64,000 bases of DNA from the NCBI GenBank assembly GCA_963750165.1, contig CAVVPN010000012.1:896001-960000 (forward strand), read 5' to 3'. The DNA comes from an uncultured Gemmataceae bacterium. GTDB taxonomy: Bacteria; Planctomycetota; Planctomycetia; Gemmatales; Gemmataceae. The translations under genes and the position numbers were made by a program. Shown here in pieces: positions 1 to 11,736 of the stretch (position 1 is its first letter; each line of letters opens with the position of its first letter). Below the pieces are notes generated by a model that worked only from the letters and a program-made list of their open reading frames with translations, had not been told where the DNA came from and searched no databases.

Positions 1-185
1 GGCGGCGGTGGCGTTGGTGGCGGCGCGGCCAGCGGCGGCTCCGGCGATTGCGGTGTGAACTGCACCGGCTGGGCGACCTTGCCGGTCTGACCCTGGGCCG
101 CCCCCTGTTCCAGCGCCCGCAGCGCCCCCCAGCAGCCGAACAGGCCCAGCAGCACCCAGCCTGCGATTTGTCGCCGTGCGCCCAT
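1..185 (-). CDS. 5' part of a probable secreted Pro-rich protein (runs off the window edge)
   Basis: ATG at 185 reads MGARRQIAGWVLLGLFGCWGALRALEQGAAQGQTGKVAQPVQFTPQSPEPPLAAPPP..., a signal-peptide-like N-terminus open to position 1. Confidence 0.55.
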   Translation of the reverse strand, partial: MGARRQIAGWVLLGLFGCWGALRALEQGAAQGQTGKVAQPVQFTPQSPEPPLAAPPPTPPP

Positions 186-413
186 GACAGACCCCTCCCG
201 GTTGACCGGCACCATTGTCCCGGGATTCCGCGCTGTTTTCCGCAGAGAAATCGCGGTTTCCCTGCACGGCGGCGTTTCGCCCACCCTTACAGGCGCTCCG
301 GTCGGCATGCCTGGACGTTGCTCCAGCGGTGCAGCCGAAATTCTCCGCACAACCGTCTCAGCCGGGCGCGGCGCCAGCAATTGCAGCGGTTCTGAGCGGC
401 CGAACGAATGGAC

Positions 414-441
414 TTGACAGCGGGGGATAGTCCTCTAAAAT
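414..441 (+). promoter_or_regulatory. near-consensus sigma70-type promoter upstream of polA
   Basis: TTGACA (414-419), 16-nt spacer, TAAAAT (436-441) in an AT-rich patch. Confidence 0.5.
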
Positions 442-824
442 AGAAAAAAGAAATTAACAACCTCCTTGCTGGTGTTCCCATCCTGGTTTCCCGTTATCCG
501 CGGTTGAGTGCTTTCTTTGTGGTGGATTCCTTGATCCCTTGACGCTCCCCCGTTAACAATTCCGGTTCTGAAACCGGACCAGAAACCTGGATGCCCACGC
601 AATCGCCTCGCCCCGAAGCGCCACCCCCGTTCTTCGGCGCTTCCGCCGTTGTCGCCCCTGGTGGTTCGCAAGCACGAACCACCGGATACTTCAATTACGG
701 ACCTCTGAACCTATTTCCCTTTAACCGCGTCAACCAATCATCCAGGAGCGTTACCGATTTCGCCTATCCGTGAGCGGATGGGCGGCCTGCCCCGGAACTT
801 TCCGCTTCCAGGTAATTGCGGCCG

Positions 825-3707
825 ATGTCCACGGGCCCCCGTCAAACCCTGTACGTGCTCGACGCGCATGCCCTGATCTTCCAGGTGTTCCACGCCGTCG
901 GCCCGATGAGCAGCCCCAGCGGCCTGCCGACCAACGCGCTGTTCGGCTTCGCCCGCTATGTGCTCACGCTGCGCGGTAAGAAGCCGGACTATCTGCTGGT
1001 GGCCTTCGACCGCTCCGAGAAGACGTTCCGCGACGACCTGTACCCGGCCTACAAGGCCAACCGCGGCCCCATGCCCGACGACCTGGCGCCGCAGATTCCG
1101 CTCATCCACCAGCTGCTGGAGGGGCTGCGCGTGCCGGTGCTCAGCGCCGCCGGCTTCGAGGCCGACGACGTGATCGCCACCGTCGCCGCCCGGGCCGCCG
1201 CGAAGGACATCGACGTTTTCATCTGCACCAGCGACAAGGACGCCCGTCAGCTCATCAGTGACCGCATCAAGGTCTACAACCTGCGCAAGGGCGAAATCCT
1301 GGACCGTGACGGTCTGCTGCGCGACTGGGGCGTGACGCCCGAGCAGGTGATCGACTATCAGGCGCTGGTCGGCGATTCAGTGGACAACATCCCCGGCGTG
1401 CCCGGTATTGGGCCGAAAACCGCCGCGGAATTGCTGCAAAAGTTCGGCACCCTCGACAACCTGCTGGCGCACCTGGACGAGGTGTCGGGGACCAAGCGCC
1501 GCGAGAACCTGCTGGCCGCCCGCGCCACGGTGCCGCTGGGGCGACAGCTCGTCACGCTCCGCACCGACGTGCCGTTGAACATTGACTGGGCCGCCTGGCG
1601 GTTGCAGGAGTGGGACGCGCCGCGGCTGTTGCAGTTATTCGAGGAGTGGAATTTCCGCCGCTTTCACGACGAGGTGCTGGCGTCAGCACCACACCTGGCG
1701 AAGACCAGCCGCACGACGCGCCGGGCCGGCAAAACGGCGCAGGCCGGGCAGTCCGCTCAGGGCGAATTGTTCCCGGACGAGGGCGAAGCGACCGCCGTGG
1801 CGGTCGCGGTCGCGCCGGACGCCGCCGCGGCCAACGGCCAGGCGGAGCAGTGGGAGTCGGCGTATCACCTCGTCAACACGGAGGAGGAGTTCGCGGACCT
1901 GCTGGCGAAACTGCGGCAACAGCCGTGCTTCGCGGTGGATCTGGAGACAACGAGCCTGGAGCCGCACGCGGCGGAGTTGGTCGGCCTGTCGTTCTGCTGG
2001 CGGCCCGGCGAGGCGTACTATGTGGCGGTGCGCGGCCCGGAGGGCGAGGCGGTGCTGGACGCCGGCCGGGTGCTGGCGGCACTGCGGCCGTTGCTGGAAT
2101 CGCCGGCCGTCGGGAAAATCAACCAGAACATCAAATATGACACCCAGGTGCTGCGTCAACAAGGTGTGCGCCTTTCGGGGATCCAGGGCGATCCGATGGT
2201 GGCGCATTACCTCTTGCACGCCAGCGAGCGCGGCCATAGTATAGACGTTCTGGCAAGAGATTACCTCCACCACCAAGTGATACCTATCACCGATCTGATC
2301 GGCCCCAGGGGAAAGAAACAATTACGGATGGATCAGGTAGCCACCGCGCGCGTGGCCGAGTACGCCAGCGAGGACGCCGACGTGGCCTGGCGCCTGGCCG
2401 ATCTGCTCCATAAGAAATTGACCGAATATCATCTGGAGAAGTTGTATTCCGACCTCGAAGTCCCGCTGATTGACGTGCTGGCAGAGATGGAGTTCACCGG
2501 CATCCGCCTCGACGTGTCGCGGCTGCAACAGCTCAGCACTCAGTTCGCGCAGGAGTTGCAGGCTCTGGAACAATCCATCCACCAGCTCGCCGGCCACGAT
2601 TTCAACATTGCGTCGTTGAAACAATTGCGCACCGTCCTGTTCGTCGAGCAGAAGTTGCCCGTCAAGCGCCGCACGGGCATCAAGGGCGAGCCGAGCACCG
2701 ACCAGCAGACGCTGGAGGAGCTGGCGGCAGAGGGTCACGAACTGCCGCGGTTGCTGGTGACGCACCGCAAGGTTGCGAAGCTGAAGGGCACCTACGTCGA
2801 TACGCTGCCGGAACTGGTGAACCCGAAGACGGGCCGGCTGCACGCCTCGTTCAATCAGGCGGTGACGAGCACGGGCCGGCTCAGCAGCAGCGAGCCGAAC
2901 CTGCAAAACATCCCGATCCGCAGCGAACAGGGCGAGCAGATTCGCCAGGCGTTCGTGCCGGAGCCGGGCTGGCTGCTGCTGACCGCCGACTATTCGCAGA
3001 TCGAACTGCGGCTGCTGGCGCACTTCAGCGGCGACGACGCGCTGCGGCAGGCGTTCGCGGAGGAGCGCGACATCCACGCCCAGGTGGCGGCGCAGATTTA
3101 CCACGTGCCGCTGGCCGAGGTGAATGCGCTGATGCGGCGCATGGCGAAGACGGTGAATTTTGGTGTCATTTATGGCATCAGCGCCTTTGGCCTGGGCGAA
3201 CGCTTAGAAATGTCGCAGGAGCACGCGGCCAAATTCATTGAGGCCTACTTCGCGGGCTACCCGAAGGTGCTGGCGTACCAGCAGGAGTTGCTGAAGAAGT
3301 GCAAACAGCAGGGCTACGTGAGTACGCTGCTGGGCCGCCGCCGTTACTTCGACGTGAAGGCGGAGAACGGCATCCGGGTGGACTCGTCGTACCAGCGCCG
3401 CAACCAGATGGAGCGCGAGGCGCTGAACATGGAGATTCAGGGCACCGCGGCGGACCTGATCAAGATGGCGATGCTGAATGTGCAGCGCCGGCTGCAGCGC
3501 GAGCGGCGGCGGGCGCGGCTGTTGCTGCAGATTCACGACGAACTGGTGTTTGAAGTGCCGCCGGACGAGGTAGAGATTATAGCGAAGCTGGTGACGGAGG
3601 AGATGACCGGGGCGCTAGCGGACAAGTTGACGGTGCCGCTGCGGGTGGACGTGGGCGTGGGGCCGAACTGGCTGGACGTGCAACCGCTGGTGGAGAAGGC
3701 GGCGTGA
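825..3707 (+). CDS. polA: DNA polymerase I
   Basis: 5'-3' exonuclease motifs (FEADDVIAT, GDSVDNIPGVPGIGPKTA), 3'-5' exonuclease DLETT, polymerase motifs TGRLSSSEPNLQNIP, DYSQIELR, KTVNFGVIYG, QIHDEL. Confidence 0.98.
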   Translation: MSTGPRQTLYVLDAHALIFQVFHAVGPMSSPSGLPTNALFGFARYVLTLRGKKPDYLLVAFDRSEKTFRDDLYPAYKANRGPMPDDLAPQIPLIHQLLEGLRVPVLSAAGFEADDVIATVAARAAAKDIDVFICTSDKDARQLISDRIKVYNLRKGEILDRDGLLRDWGVTPEQVIDYQALVGDSVDNIPGVPGIGPKTAAELLQKFGTLDNLLAHLDEVSGTKRRENLLAARATVPLGRQLVTLRTDVPLNIDWAAWRLQEWDAPRLLQLFEEWNFRRFHDEVLASAPHLAKTSRTTRRAGKTAQAGQSAQGELFPDEGEATAVAVAVAPDAAAANGQAEQWESAYHLVNTEEEFADLLAKLRQQPCFAVDLETTSLEPHAAELVGLSFCWRPGEAYYVAVRGPEGEAVLDAGRVLAALRPLLESPAVGKINQNIKYDTQVLRQQGVRLSGIQGDPMVAHYLLHASERGHSIDVLARDYLHHQVIPITDLIGPRGKKQLRMDQVATARVAEYASEDADVAWRLADLLHKKLTEYHLEKLYSDLEVPLIDVLAEMEFTGIRLDVSRLQQLSTQFAQELQALEQSIHQLAGHDFNIASLKQLRTVLFVEQKLPVKRRTGIKGEPSTDQQTLEELAAEGHELPRLLVTHRKVAKLKGTYVDTLPELVNPKTGRLHASFNQAVTSTGRLSSSEPNLQNIPIRSEQGEQIRQAFVPEPGWLLLTADYSQIELRLLAHFSGDDALRQAFAEERDIHAQVAAQIYHVPLAEVNALMRRMAKTVNFGVIYGISAFGLGERLEMSQEHAAKFIEAYFAGYPKVLAYQQELLKKCKQQGYVSTLLGRRRYFDVKAENGIRVDSSYQRRNQMEREALNMEIQGTAADLIKMAMLNVQRRLQRERRRARLLLQIHDELVFEVPPDEVEIIAKLVTEEMTGALADKLTVPLRVDVGVGPNWLDVQPLVEKAA

Positions 3708-3738
3708 CAAGCAATGGTTGTCCAGCGGCCTGCCATCG

Positions 3739-4077
3739 ATGGGAAAATATCTTTTTCACTACCTGGAACTTCTCTCGTACTTGGGGTCGGGAACGCCGGA
3801 GGACCCAGGTGGGGATTTTCAGATGTCTTGTTGGATTGACGCTCCGAATCGGGAAGCGGCGCTGAAATGGGGGCACATTCTCCTGGGAGATTATTTCAGG
3901 GCACGCTACTCGAAATCGCCACGCAAAGAGCGGTACATCGGTGCGCCGGTTTACGAAGGTGAAATTGTAGAAGACGAAGACATCCTTAACGAAGCCCAAA
4001 CGTGGAACATTCCGTGTTGCCAAGATGGTGAAGTCCCGAACTGGCGTGAGCCCTGGCGATGCACCAATATCGGCTAA
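3739..4077 (+). CDS. hypothetical protein (lower GC)
   Basis: MGKYLFHYLELLSY... ORF with protein-like composition between polA and coaE; start could be 3718. Confidence 0.55.
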   Translation: MGKYLFHYLELLSYLGSGTPEDPGGDFQMSCWIDAPNREAALKWGHILLGDYFRARYSKSPRKERYIGAPVYEGEIVEDEDILNEAQTWNIPCCQDGEVPNWREPWRCTNIG

Positions 4078-4450
4078 CACCACGGGATCCGGTTGGCCGT
4101 GGCTGGTGATTGAGAGATTACCTTTGCCTTTATCGAGCGGCAACTTGGTGCTTAAAGGCTTGGAGGTTATTGCCAGCGTGAGTGTTCGTCTCGACGGCGA
4201 CCGTTACCGCGGGACGATTTCCCTGGTCGGAACGCCGCCGCCGCTCCAGAATCTGTTTGAGGTATTTGGGGCGATGGTCGAAGGGCAGACGTTCGGCCTG
4301 GCGGATGAGGTTGAAGACAAGATCGCCGCGTTGGCACTCAAAGTCGTATTCGAGGACGGCACGGCAGCACAGGTGGAAGACCTGCAAGTGTACCCGAGCA
4401 CGCGGCGGGTGTCGTTCAAGACGCGGCAGCTGTCCGCGGCCGCGAAGTAA
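4025..4450 (+). CDS. hypothetical protein (true start probably further downstream)
   Basis: ORF ending ...VEDLQVYPSTRRVSFKTRQLSAAAK just upstream of coaE. Confidence 0.5.
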   Translation: MVKSRTGVSPGDAPISANTTGSGWPWLVIERLPLPLSSGNLVLKGLEVIASVSVRLDGDRYRGTISLVGTPPPLQNLFEVFGAMVEGQTFGLADEVEDKIAALALKVVFEDGTAAQVEDLQVYPSTRRVSFKTRQLSAAAK

Positions 4451-4489
4451 CGGTGGCGGGGGAGGAGATGCCGCTTGCGGCGTAGCGCC

Positions 4490-5095
4490 ATGACGCCCGT
4501 CCTCGGCCTGATCGGCGGCATCGGCAGCGGCAAGAGCGCCGTCGCCGCCGCGTTCGCCCGGCTCGGCGCCGCCGTCATCGCCGGCGACCAGCTCGGCCAC
4601 GAGGCCCTGCGGCAGCCGGACATTTTGGCCCAGGTCGTCGCGCACTTCGGCCCCCAGGTGCTCGACGCCGCCGGCGCCATCGACCGCCGCCAGCTGGCCG
4701 CGGTGGTCTTCGCCGACGACGCCCAGCGGCGCACTCTGGAACGGATTGTGCATCCCTACATCGAGGGCCGCATCCGTCAGGAAATTGCCCGGGCCCGCTC
4801 CGACCCGGCGGTGTCCCTCATCGTCCTGGACGCGGCCATCCTGCTCGAAGCGGGTTGGGACCGGCACTGCGACCGGTTGGTGTTCGTCCAGGCCCCGAAC
4901 GCCGTGCGGCAGCAACGCCTGGCCGGCCTGCGCGGCTGGGGCGCGAAGGAGGTGCAGGACCGTGAACAGGCTCAGTGGCCGTTGATCGACAAGGCGAGCC
5001 GGGCGGATTTCGTGCTGGATAACGACGGCACCCCCGAACGGCTCGAAGACCAGGTGCGGACACTTTTTCAGCAGTGTGCCGCCGACCGTTCTTGA
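4490..5095 (+). CDS. coaE: dephospho-CoA kinase
   Basis: GLIGGIGSGKS P-loop, IDRRQLA, LERIVHP, DFVLDNDG; follows polA as is typical. Confidence 0.95.
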   Translation: MTPVLGLIGGIGSGKSAVAAAFARLGAAVIAGDQLGHEALRQPDILAQVVAHFGPQVLDAAGAIDRRQLAAVVFADDAQRRTLERIVHPYIEGRIRQEIARARSDPAVSLIVLDAAILLEAGWDRHCDRLVFVQAPNAVRQQRLAGLRGWGAKEVQDREQAQWPLIDKASRADFVLDNDGTPERLEDQVRTLFQQCAADRS

Positions 5096-5258
5096 ACCCC
5101 TGACGGAATCGTTTATCATTAAACCATTAACCCCTTGACAACCCTACCGCTGGCGCTGGCCGCGCGCGACACCCGTAAGTACCCGTCGTTGTCGCACCGG
5201 CTCTGGGCTTCTGGCCCGCCGCTCTGTGCCAGCACGAACGACGAAGGAGAACGTTGAC

Positions 5259-6770
<1,512 letters not shown>

Positions 6771-6775
6771 GGCAG

Positions 6776-6808
6776 TCTCCCCTCGCCCCTGAAGGGGGCG
6801 AGGGGAGA
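6776..6808. repeat. palindromic (REP-like or terminator-like) hairpin
   Basis: TCTCCCCTCGCCCCT-gaag-GGGGCGAGGGGAGA. Confidence 0.7.
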
Positions 6809-6820
6809 AAGAGTTCATCC

Positions 6821-7300
6821 ATGCCCACCATCTACGAAGGCGATTTCGCGCCGCCGCCGGGCCGCTTCGGTCTCGTGGCGGCGCGGTTCAATTCCCTGAT
6901 CGTCGAGGCCCTGCTCGCCGGTGCCCTCGACGCGCTGCGCCGCCACGGTGTTGCCGACGACGCCATCGACGTGGCCTGGGTGCCCGGCTCCTTTGAACTG
7001 CCGCTTGTCGCCCGCCGCCTCGCCGCCAGCCGGAAGTACGCCGCGGTGATCTGCCTCGGTGCCGTCATCCGCGGCGACACCGACCATTACGATTACGTCG
7101 CCGGCGGCGCCGCCACCGGCATCGCCCAGGCGGCGCTGGCGACCGGTGTGCCCGTCGTCTTCGGACTGCTGACCTGCGAGACGCTGGAACAGGCCCTCAA
7201 CCGCGCCGGCGCCAAGGCCGGCAACAAGGGCGCCGACGCCGCCCTCACCGCCATCGAAATGGTCAACCTCCTGCGCCGCCTGCCGGACGCACCCCCCTGA
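6821..7300 (+). CDS. ribH: 6,7-dimethyl-8-ribityllumazine synthase
   Basis: [41 protein letters not shown]. Confidence 0.97.
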   Translation: MPTIYEGDFAPPPGRFGLVAARFNSLIVEALLAGALDALRRHGVADDAIDVAWVPGSFELPLVARRLAASRKYAAVICLGAVIRGDTDHYDYVAGGAATGIAQAALATGVPVVFGLLTCETLEQALNRAGAKAGNKGADAALTAIEMVNLLRRLPDAPP

Positions 7301-7454
7301 CCCACCGCGGAACCAACCTGAATGTCGCGCGGCGGGCGCGGCGCTTGCCGGGAGCGGCGGTTTGTATAGAGCAACTCACGCCAGAGTCGCCCGGTAGCAT
7401 TTTCGGTTGTCCGGTGCGGCGGCTGGTGCGAGCGCGACCCCAGAGGGCCAGACC

Positions 7455-9074
7455 ATGACACCGAACCGGATGGAGTGCCCGAAGTGCGGGATGGGCCTGA
7501 AGTCGGACAAACCGCTGTCCGTCGGCCGGAGCCTGACCTGCCCGAATTGCGGCGCCCGCCTGAGCATTGACGCCCGCGTGCAGGGCGTCCGCTGGAGGGC
7601 CATCTTCCTCGTGCTGCTGGTCGTCGTCGTGCTGCTGGGCGGCGGGGCGCTGGCCACGTACTTCGCCGGCCTGTGGCCGGGCGCGACGCAGCAGGCCGCC
7701 GCCGACACCGACAAGAAGCAGGACGACAAGGACAAAAAGGACGACAAGGAACACAAGGGCGACCAGCCCGAGCAAAAGAAGAAACCCGACCCGCCAGAAC
7801 TGATCCCGGACGAATCCAAACCCAAAACGAAGAAGAAGGACAGCCCGCTGTCGCACCAGCAGCAGCTTGCGGTGGACCGGGCCATCGCCTTCGGCGTTAC
7901 CTACCTGAAGGCCGCACAGTTCAAGGACGGCTCCTGGAAGGCGGAGGGCGACACGCTGCCCGACCACATCCCGGCCATCAGCGCCCTGGCGGCGCTGACC
8001 CTGCTGGAGTGCGACGTGCCGAAGACCGACCCGGTCGTGCAGAAGGCGGCCGCGTACCTGCGCGGCCTGGAGGCGTCGCCGAGGAAGCTCCAACCCACCT
8101 ACGACGTGGCCCTGGCCCTGCTGTTCCTCGACCGGCTGGGCGACGCCCGGGACGCGGACCTGATCCGCACGCTGGCGCTGCGCATCGTGGCCGGCCAGCG
8201 GGCGAGCGGCGGCTGGAACTACGACTGCGAGGTGCTGACCCCGGCGGACGCGGTGACGCTCGGCCAGTTCCTGGAGAAGACGCGCACCAGCGTCACCGCC
8301 GACGTGTCCGCCGGCCGGCTGGGGCTGCAGGTGGTGGACCCCGCCCAGGTGAAGCTGGACGGCGGCGCCGCCCTGCCGGACAACCTGAAGGGTTTGGCGG
8401 TCTGGCGTGCCGACGTGCCGACGAACGGGGTGGACTCGGACAACTCGAACACGCAGTTCGCGGTGCTGGCGCTGTGGGCGGCCAAGGTGCGCGGCATCCC
8501 GGTACAGCGGGCGCTGGCCCGCGTGGTGCAGCGCTTCCACCAGTCGCAGAACCCCGACGGCAGCTGGGGCTACGAGACGGCCGGCGGCCGCAAGGCGACC
8601 GCGGGCGACCGCCAGCCGCCCGACGCCATGACCTGCGCCGGCCTGCTGGGGCTGGCGGTGGGTCAGGGGCTGGTCAACGAGGCCCGCGGCGCCACGACCA
8701 AGGGCCGCAAGCCGGCCGCCGAACAGGATCCCGCCATCGGCCGCGGCCTGGACTACCTCGGCAAGGCCGTCGGCAACCCGAACAGGCCCTGGGAGAACGC
8801 CAGCAGCGTGCCGCTCGTCAACCTGTATTACCTGTGGTCGGTGGAGCGGGTCGGCGTGATCTTTGGCGTGGACAGGATTGGCGGCAAGGACTGGTACGGC
8901 TGGGGCGCGGAAATCCTGACCATCCACCAGACGATCCAGGGCGACCAGGGCCACTGGCCGACCGGCAACTTCTACGGCCAGCACCCCACGGTCAACACCT
9001 GCCTGGCCCTGCTGTTTTTGAAGCGGGCGAACCTCGCCAGGGATCTGTCGCGCCGCCTGGTGATCGAGGACTGA
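7455..9074 (+). CDS. membrane-anchored prenyltransferase/squalene-cyclase-repeat (alpha-alpha toroid) protein with N-terminal Zn ribbon
   Basis: CPKC..CPNC, TM helix, Lys/Asp-rich linker, QW-like repeats QFKDGSW, QRASGGWNY, QNPDGSWGY; DNSNTQFA; YYLWSVER. Confidence 0.8.
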   Translation: MTPNRMECPKCGMGLKSDKPLSVGRSLTCPNCGARLSIDARVQGVRWRAIFLVLLVVVVLLGGGALATYFAGLWPGATQQAAADTDKKQDDKDKKDDKEHKGDQPEQKKKPDPPELIPDESKPKTKKKDSPLSHQQQLAVDRAIAFGVTYLKAAQFKDGSWKAEGDTLPDHIPAISALAALTLLECDVPKTDPVVQKAAAYLRGLEASPRKLQPTYDVALALLFLDRLGDARDADLIRTLALRIVAGQRASGGWNYDCEVLTPADAVTLGQFLEKTRTSVTADVSAGRLGLQVVDPAQVKLDGGAALPDNLKGLAVWRADVPTNGVDSDNSNTQFAVLALWAAKVRGIPVQRALARVVQRFHQSQNPDGSWGYETAGGRKATAGDRQPPDAMTCAGLLGLAVGQGLVNEARGATTKGRKPAAEQDPAIGRGLDYLGKAVGNPNRPWENASSVPLVNLYYLWSVERVGVIFGVDRIGGKDWYGWGAEILTIHQTIQGDQGHWPTGNFYGQHPTVNTCLALLFLKRANLARDLSRRLVIED

Positions 9075-9198
9075 CGGCGGTTTGTTGGAGCGGCGGGGGC
9101 GGACTGCCGCCCCTGCCGATTTTTTTCCAACCGGGCGAAAAAAACGGGAACAGCCGGGACGCCTCCAGCCAATGCATGGTGAGGAAAGGGCGACGGCG

Positions 9199-10515
9199 AT
9201 GAGCCAGTTGGCCAGGGTCATTGAGCATTTACGCGGCGTGCTGCTGCGGCCGCACGGCGCCGGCACGGACGGCGACCTGCTGGAGCGCTACGTCGTGGCA
9301 CGCGACGCGGCGGCCTTCGAGACGCTGGTGCGCCTGCACGGGCCGATGGTCTGGGGCGTCTGCCGCCGGGTGCTGGGTCACGCTCACGACGCGGAGGATG
9401 CGTTCCAGGCGGTGTTCCTGGTGTTGGCCCGCCGGGCGGCGTCGGTGTGGCCGCGCGAGCGCGTCGGCGCCTGGCTGTACGGCGTGGCCCGGCGCACCGC
9501 CCTGGGACTGCGGCGGTCGATGGCTCGACGGCGGCAGAAGGAGCGGGACGCGGCCGCGCTGCCGCGGCCAGTCGGCGGCGACGACGCATTCGCGGAACTG
9601 CGGCCCGTCCTCGACGAGGAGGTGGGCCGACTGCCGGAGCGCTACCGGGCGGCCCTGGTGCTGTGCGACCTGGAAGGCAAGACGCGCAAGGAGGCGGCGG
9701 AGCAGCTCGGCTGGCCCGAGGGGACCGTCGCCAGCCGGCAGGCGCGGGCGCGGGCGCTGCTGGCGCGGCGGCTGGCGCGGCGCGGGATGACGCCCGGCGG
9801 CCTGGCGGCGCTGCTGGCCGGGGAGGCGTCGGCCGCGCCGCCGGCGGGGTTGGTGGCCGCCGCGGTGCAGGCGGCGGGTTGGAGAACGGTGTCACGGGCG
9901 GCGGCCGCGAGCGTTTTGTCCGCCGAGGCGGTCGCCATCGCGGAAGGAGTGCTGAGAGCCATGTTCATCGTCAAACTGAAATGGGTGGCCGTGCTGCTTC
10001 TGGCCGGCGTCGTGTGCGCCGGAGCGGCCGTGTCCGCCCACGTCCTGGGAACCCAGCCGACGGGGGTGGGGCAGCCAAACGACCCGGCGCGGCAGGCGCC
10101 GGCCAGGGAAGCCGGGGCCGAGCAGGGCAAGAAGGGGGACAAGAAGCCCAGCGAACCGCCAGCGGACAGCCCCAAAATCCAGGCGCTGCTCAAGGAGCGG
10201 CTCGCCATTCTGAAGGAACAGGTCGCGGTGCTGCAGAAGCGCTTCGAGCAAGGGGTTGTCACCGCGGAAGTCCTGTTGCGTGCGCGGCGCCGGGCCTGCC
10301 AGGCGGAGTTGGAACTGTGTGCCACCGACCGGGAGCGGGTGGAAGTGCTGCAACGGCTGCTGGCGCTGGCCAAGGAAACAGAGGCGAGGACGGCACAACT
10401 GGTCAAAACGGGCGCGGCTTCGCAATCCATCCTGCTGGAGGCCCGGGCGGATCGGCTCGAGGTCGAGATCGCCCTGGAACGCGCCCGGCTTCGGCTTGGC
10501 GCGGCGGGTAAGTGA
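9199..10515 (+). CDS. ECF RNA polymerase sigma factor with TM helix and C-terminal extension
   Basis: HGPMVWGVCRRVL..DAEDAFQAVF (region 2), LPERYRAALVLCDLEGKTRKEAAEQLGWPEGTVASR (region 4), then a TM segment and coiled-coil tail. Confidence 0.92.
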   Translation: MSQLARVIEHLRGVLLRPHGAGTDGDLLERYVVARDAAAFETLVRLHGPMVWGVCRRVLGHAHDAEDAFQAVFLVLARRAASVWPRERVGAWLYGVARRTALGLRRSMARRRQKERDAAALPRPVGGDDAFAELRPVLDEEVGRLPERYRAALVLCDLEGKTRKEAAEQLGWPEGTVASRQARARALLARRLARRGMTPGGLAALLAGEASAAPPAGLVAAAVQAAGWRTVSRAAAASVLSAEAVAIAEGVLRAMFIVKLKWVAVLLLAGVVCAGAAVSAHVLGTQPTGVGQPNDPARQAPAREAGAEQGKKGDKKPSEPPADSPKIQALLKERLAILKEQVAVLQKRFEQGVVTAEVLLRARRRACQAELELCATDRERVEVLQRLLALAKETEARTAQLVKTGAASQSILLEARADRLEVEIALERARLRLGAAGK

Positions 10516-10551
10516 TCCAACGTGGTGCAGGCGAGCGGCGCAGCGTCATCT

Positions 10552-10612
10552 TTACCAGCCCGAAACGCCAGCGAGGGTTTCTGCGTCCCTCGCTGGCGCT
10601 TCGGGCTGGTAA
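10552..10612. repeat. REP-like palindrome between convergent genes
   Basis: TTACCAGCCCGAAACGCCAGCGAGGG...CCCTCGCTGGCGCTTCGGGCTGGTAA; related to copies at 18976 and 36048. Confidence 0.85.
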
Positions 10613-10617
10613 GCGCG

Positions 10618-11580
10618 CTAAATGCCGCGTTTCTTGACCGCGAGCTTGCCGTCGTCGATGAGCTGTTCCAGGGCGGAGCGGTCCAGCGTCGGCGCCTGGA
10701 CGCCGTTCTCCGGCACCGGCAGGCTCGCCACCCAGGCGCAGGCGTTGAGCAGCAGCGTGCGGAAGTTGTCGTTGCCGAGGTTGGTGTGCTTGTGCAGGCC
10801 GGTGAAGCCGAAACCGCGGCCGCCGTCGGGGCGCCGATAGGCCCACGCCACCACCTGCGGTTCACCCTTTTTCACGGCCTCGTACACCGCCGGGTTGCCG
10901 CCGTGTGAGGTCGCTTTCTTGCCCTCGCCCTGCACCGTCTTCAGCGGCGGCACCGCCTTGAGGATCGGCGTCACCCCCTGCATTTTGTCCACGAAACGCA
11001 TGTGATAGTACCACTCGTCGTTGATGCTGAACGGCTTGACGCCGCGCGTCACCTCATGTTTGGGCAACTCCTTGAAGTCCGGCGTCCAGAACGGGTTGAC
11101 GGACCAGAACGTCTCGAAGTAGCCGCCGAGCCAGTTCAGGTAGTTCTTGCCCTGGTCGCCCTTGTTGACCTCGACGCCGTAGTGGATGGCCATGAAGCCG
11201 GCGCCGCGGCCGACCGCTTCCTTGACCGCCGGGTTGACCGCGGAGCCGCCGTGGTTGAGCAGCACGATCACCGCGTCGGCGTGCTTGAGGTCCTTCGGCC
11301 ACTTCGCTTTGGTGTAGACGGTGCAGTAGGCGTCGGGGTATTTCGCGTTGAGGGTGCGAGCGAAGTAGATGGCGGCGGCCAGAAATTCGTGGTTGCCGCG
11401 CGGCCCGTGCGGGGCGGTGTCGGCGACGAATACGATGCGCTTGACGCCCTTGGCGGCCTTCTGGGCCGCGTAGTCGAAGATGTCGCGTTCCTTGCCGCCG
11501 GCGTGCGCGGCAGCGGCGCCGAGGAGCAGGACGGCCACGGCCAGCAGCAGCGGACTGCGGCGGAGCAAGCGGGAGAGCAT
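10618..11580 (-). CDS. secreted ThuA-like (class I glutamine amidotransferase-fold) protein
   Basis: signal peptide; HGPRGNHEF, MAIHYGVEV, NDEWYYHMRF, RPDGGRGFGFTGLH. Confidence 0.8.
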   Translation of the reverse strand: MLSRLLRRSPLLLAVAVLLLGAAAAHAGGKERDIFDYAAQKAAKGVKRIVFVADTAPHGPRGNHEFLAAAIYFARTLNAKYPDAYCTVYTKAKWPKDLKHADAVIVLLNHGGSAVNPAVKEAVGRGAGFMAIHYGVEVNKGDQGKNYLNWLGGYFETFWSVNPFWTPDFKELPKHEVTRGVKPFSINDEWYYHMRFVDKMQGVTPILKAVPPLKTVQGEGKKATSHGGNPAVYEAVKKGEPQVVAWAYRRPDGGRGFGFTGLHKHTNLGNDNFRTLLLNACAWVASLPVPENGVQAPTLDRSALEQLIDDGKLAVKKRGI

Positions 11581-11736
11581 GCGGGACCTCGTGGGGTTGT
11601 GGGTTGGTGGGCAGGGTGTCTCGACAATTCGTGATGCTACGGCGGCGCGGGGCCGGTGTCAACGAAGTGGCGGCGCTGGACAGCGGGACCGGGAACGCTT
11701 ACGCTGCACGGTGGTGAGGCACCGGAGGGCGGGCAC

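Noticed and set aside
3718..4450. Integron cassette array
   Set aside because: No integron integrase and no convincing attC structure
7263..9266. Long antisense or alternative-frame ORFs (e.g. 7263-9266, 5127-6818, 20001-21986, 51522-53624, 56463-58325, 59478-61349)
   Set aside because: Shadow ORFs typical of high-GC DNA, overlapping well-supported genes and lacking recognisable motifs
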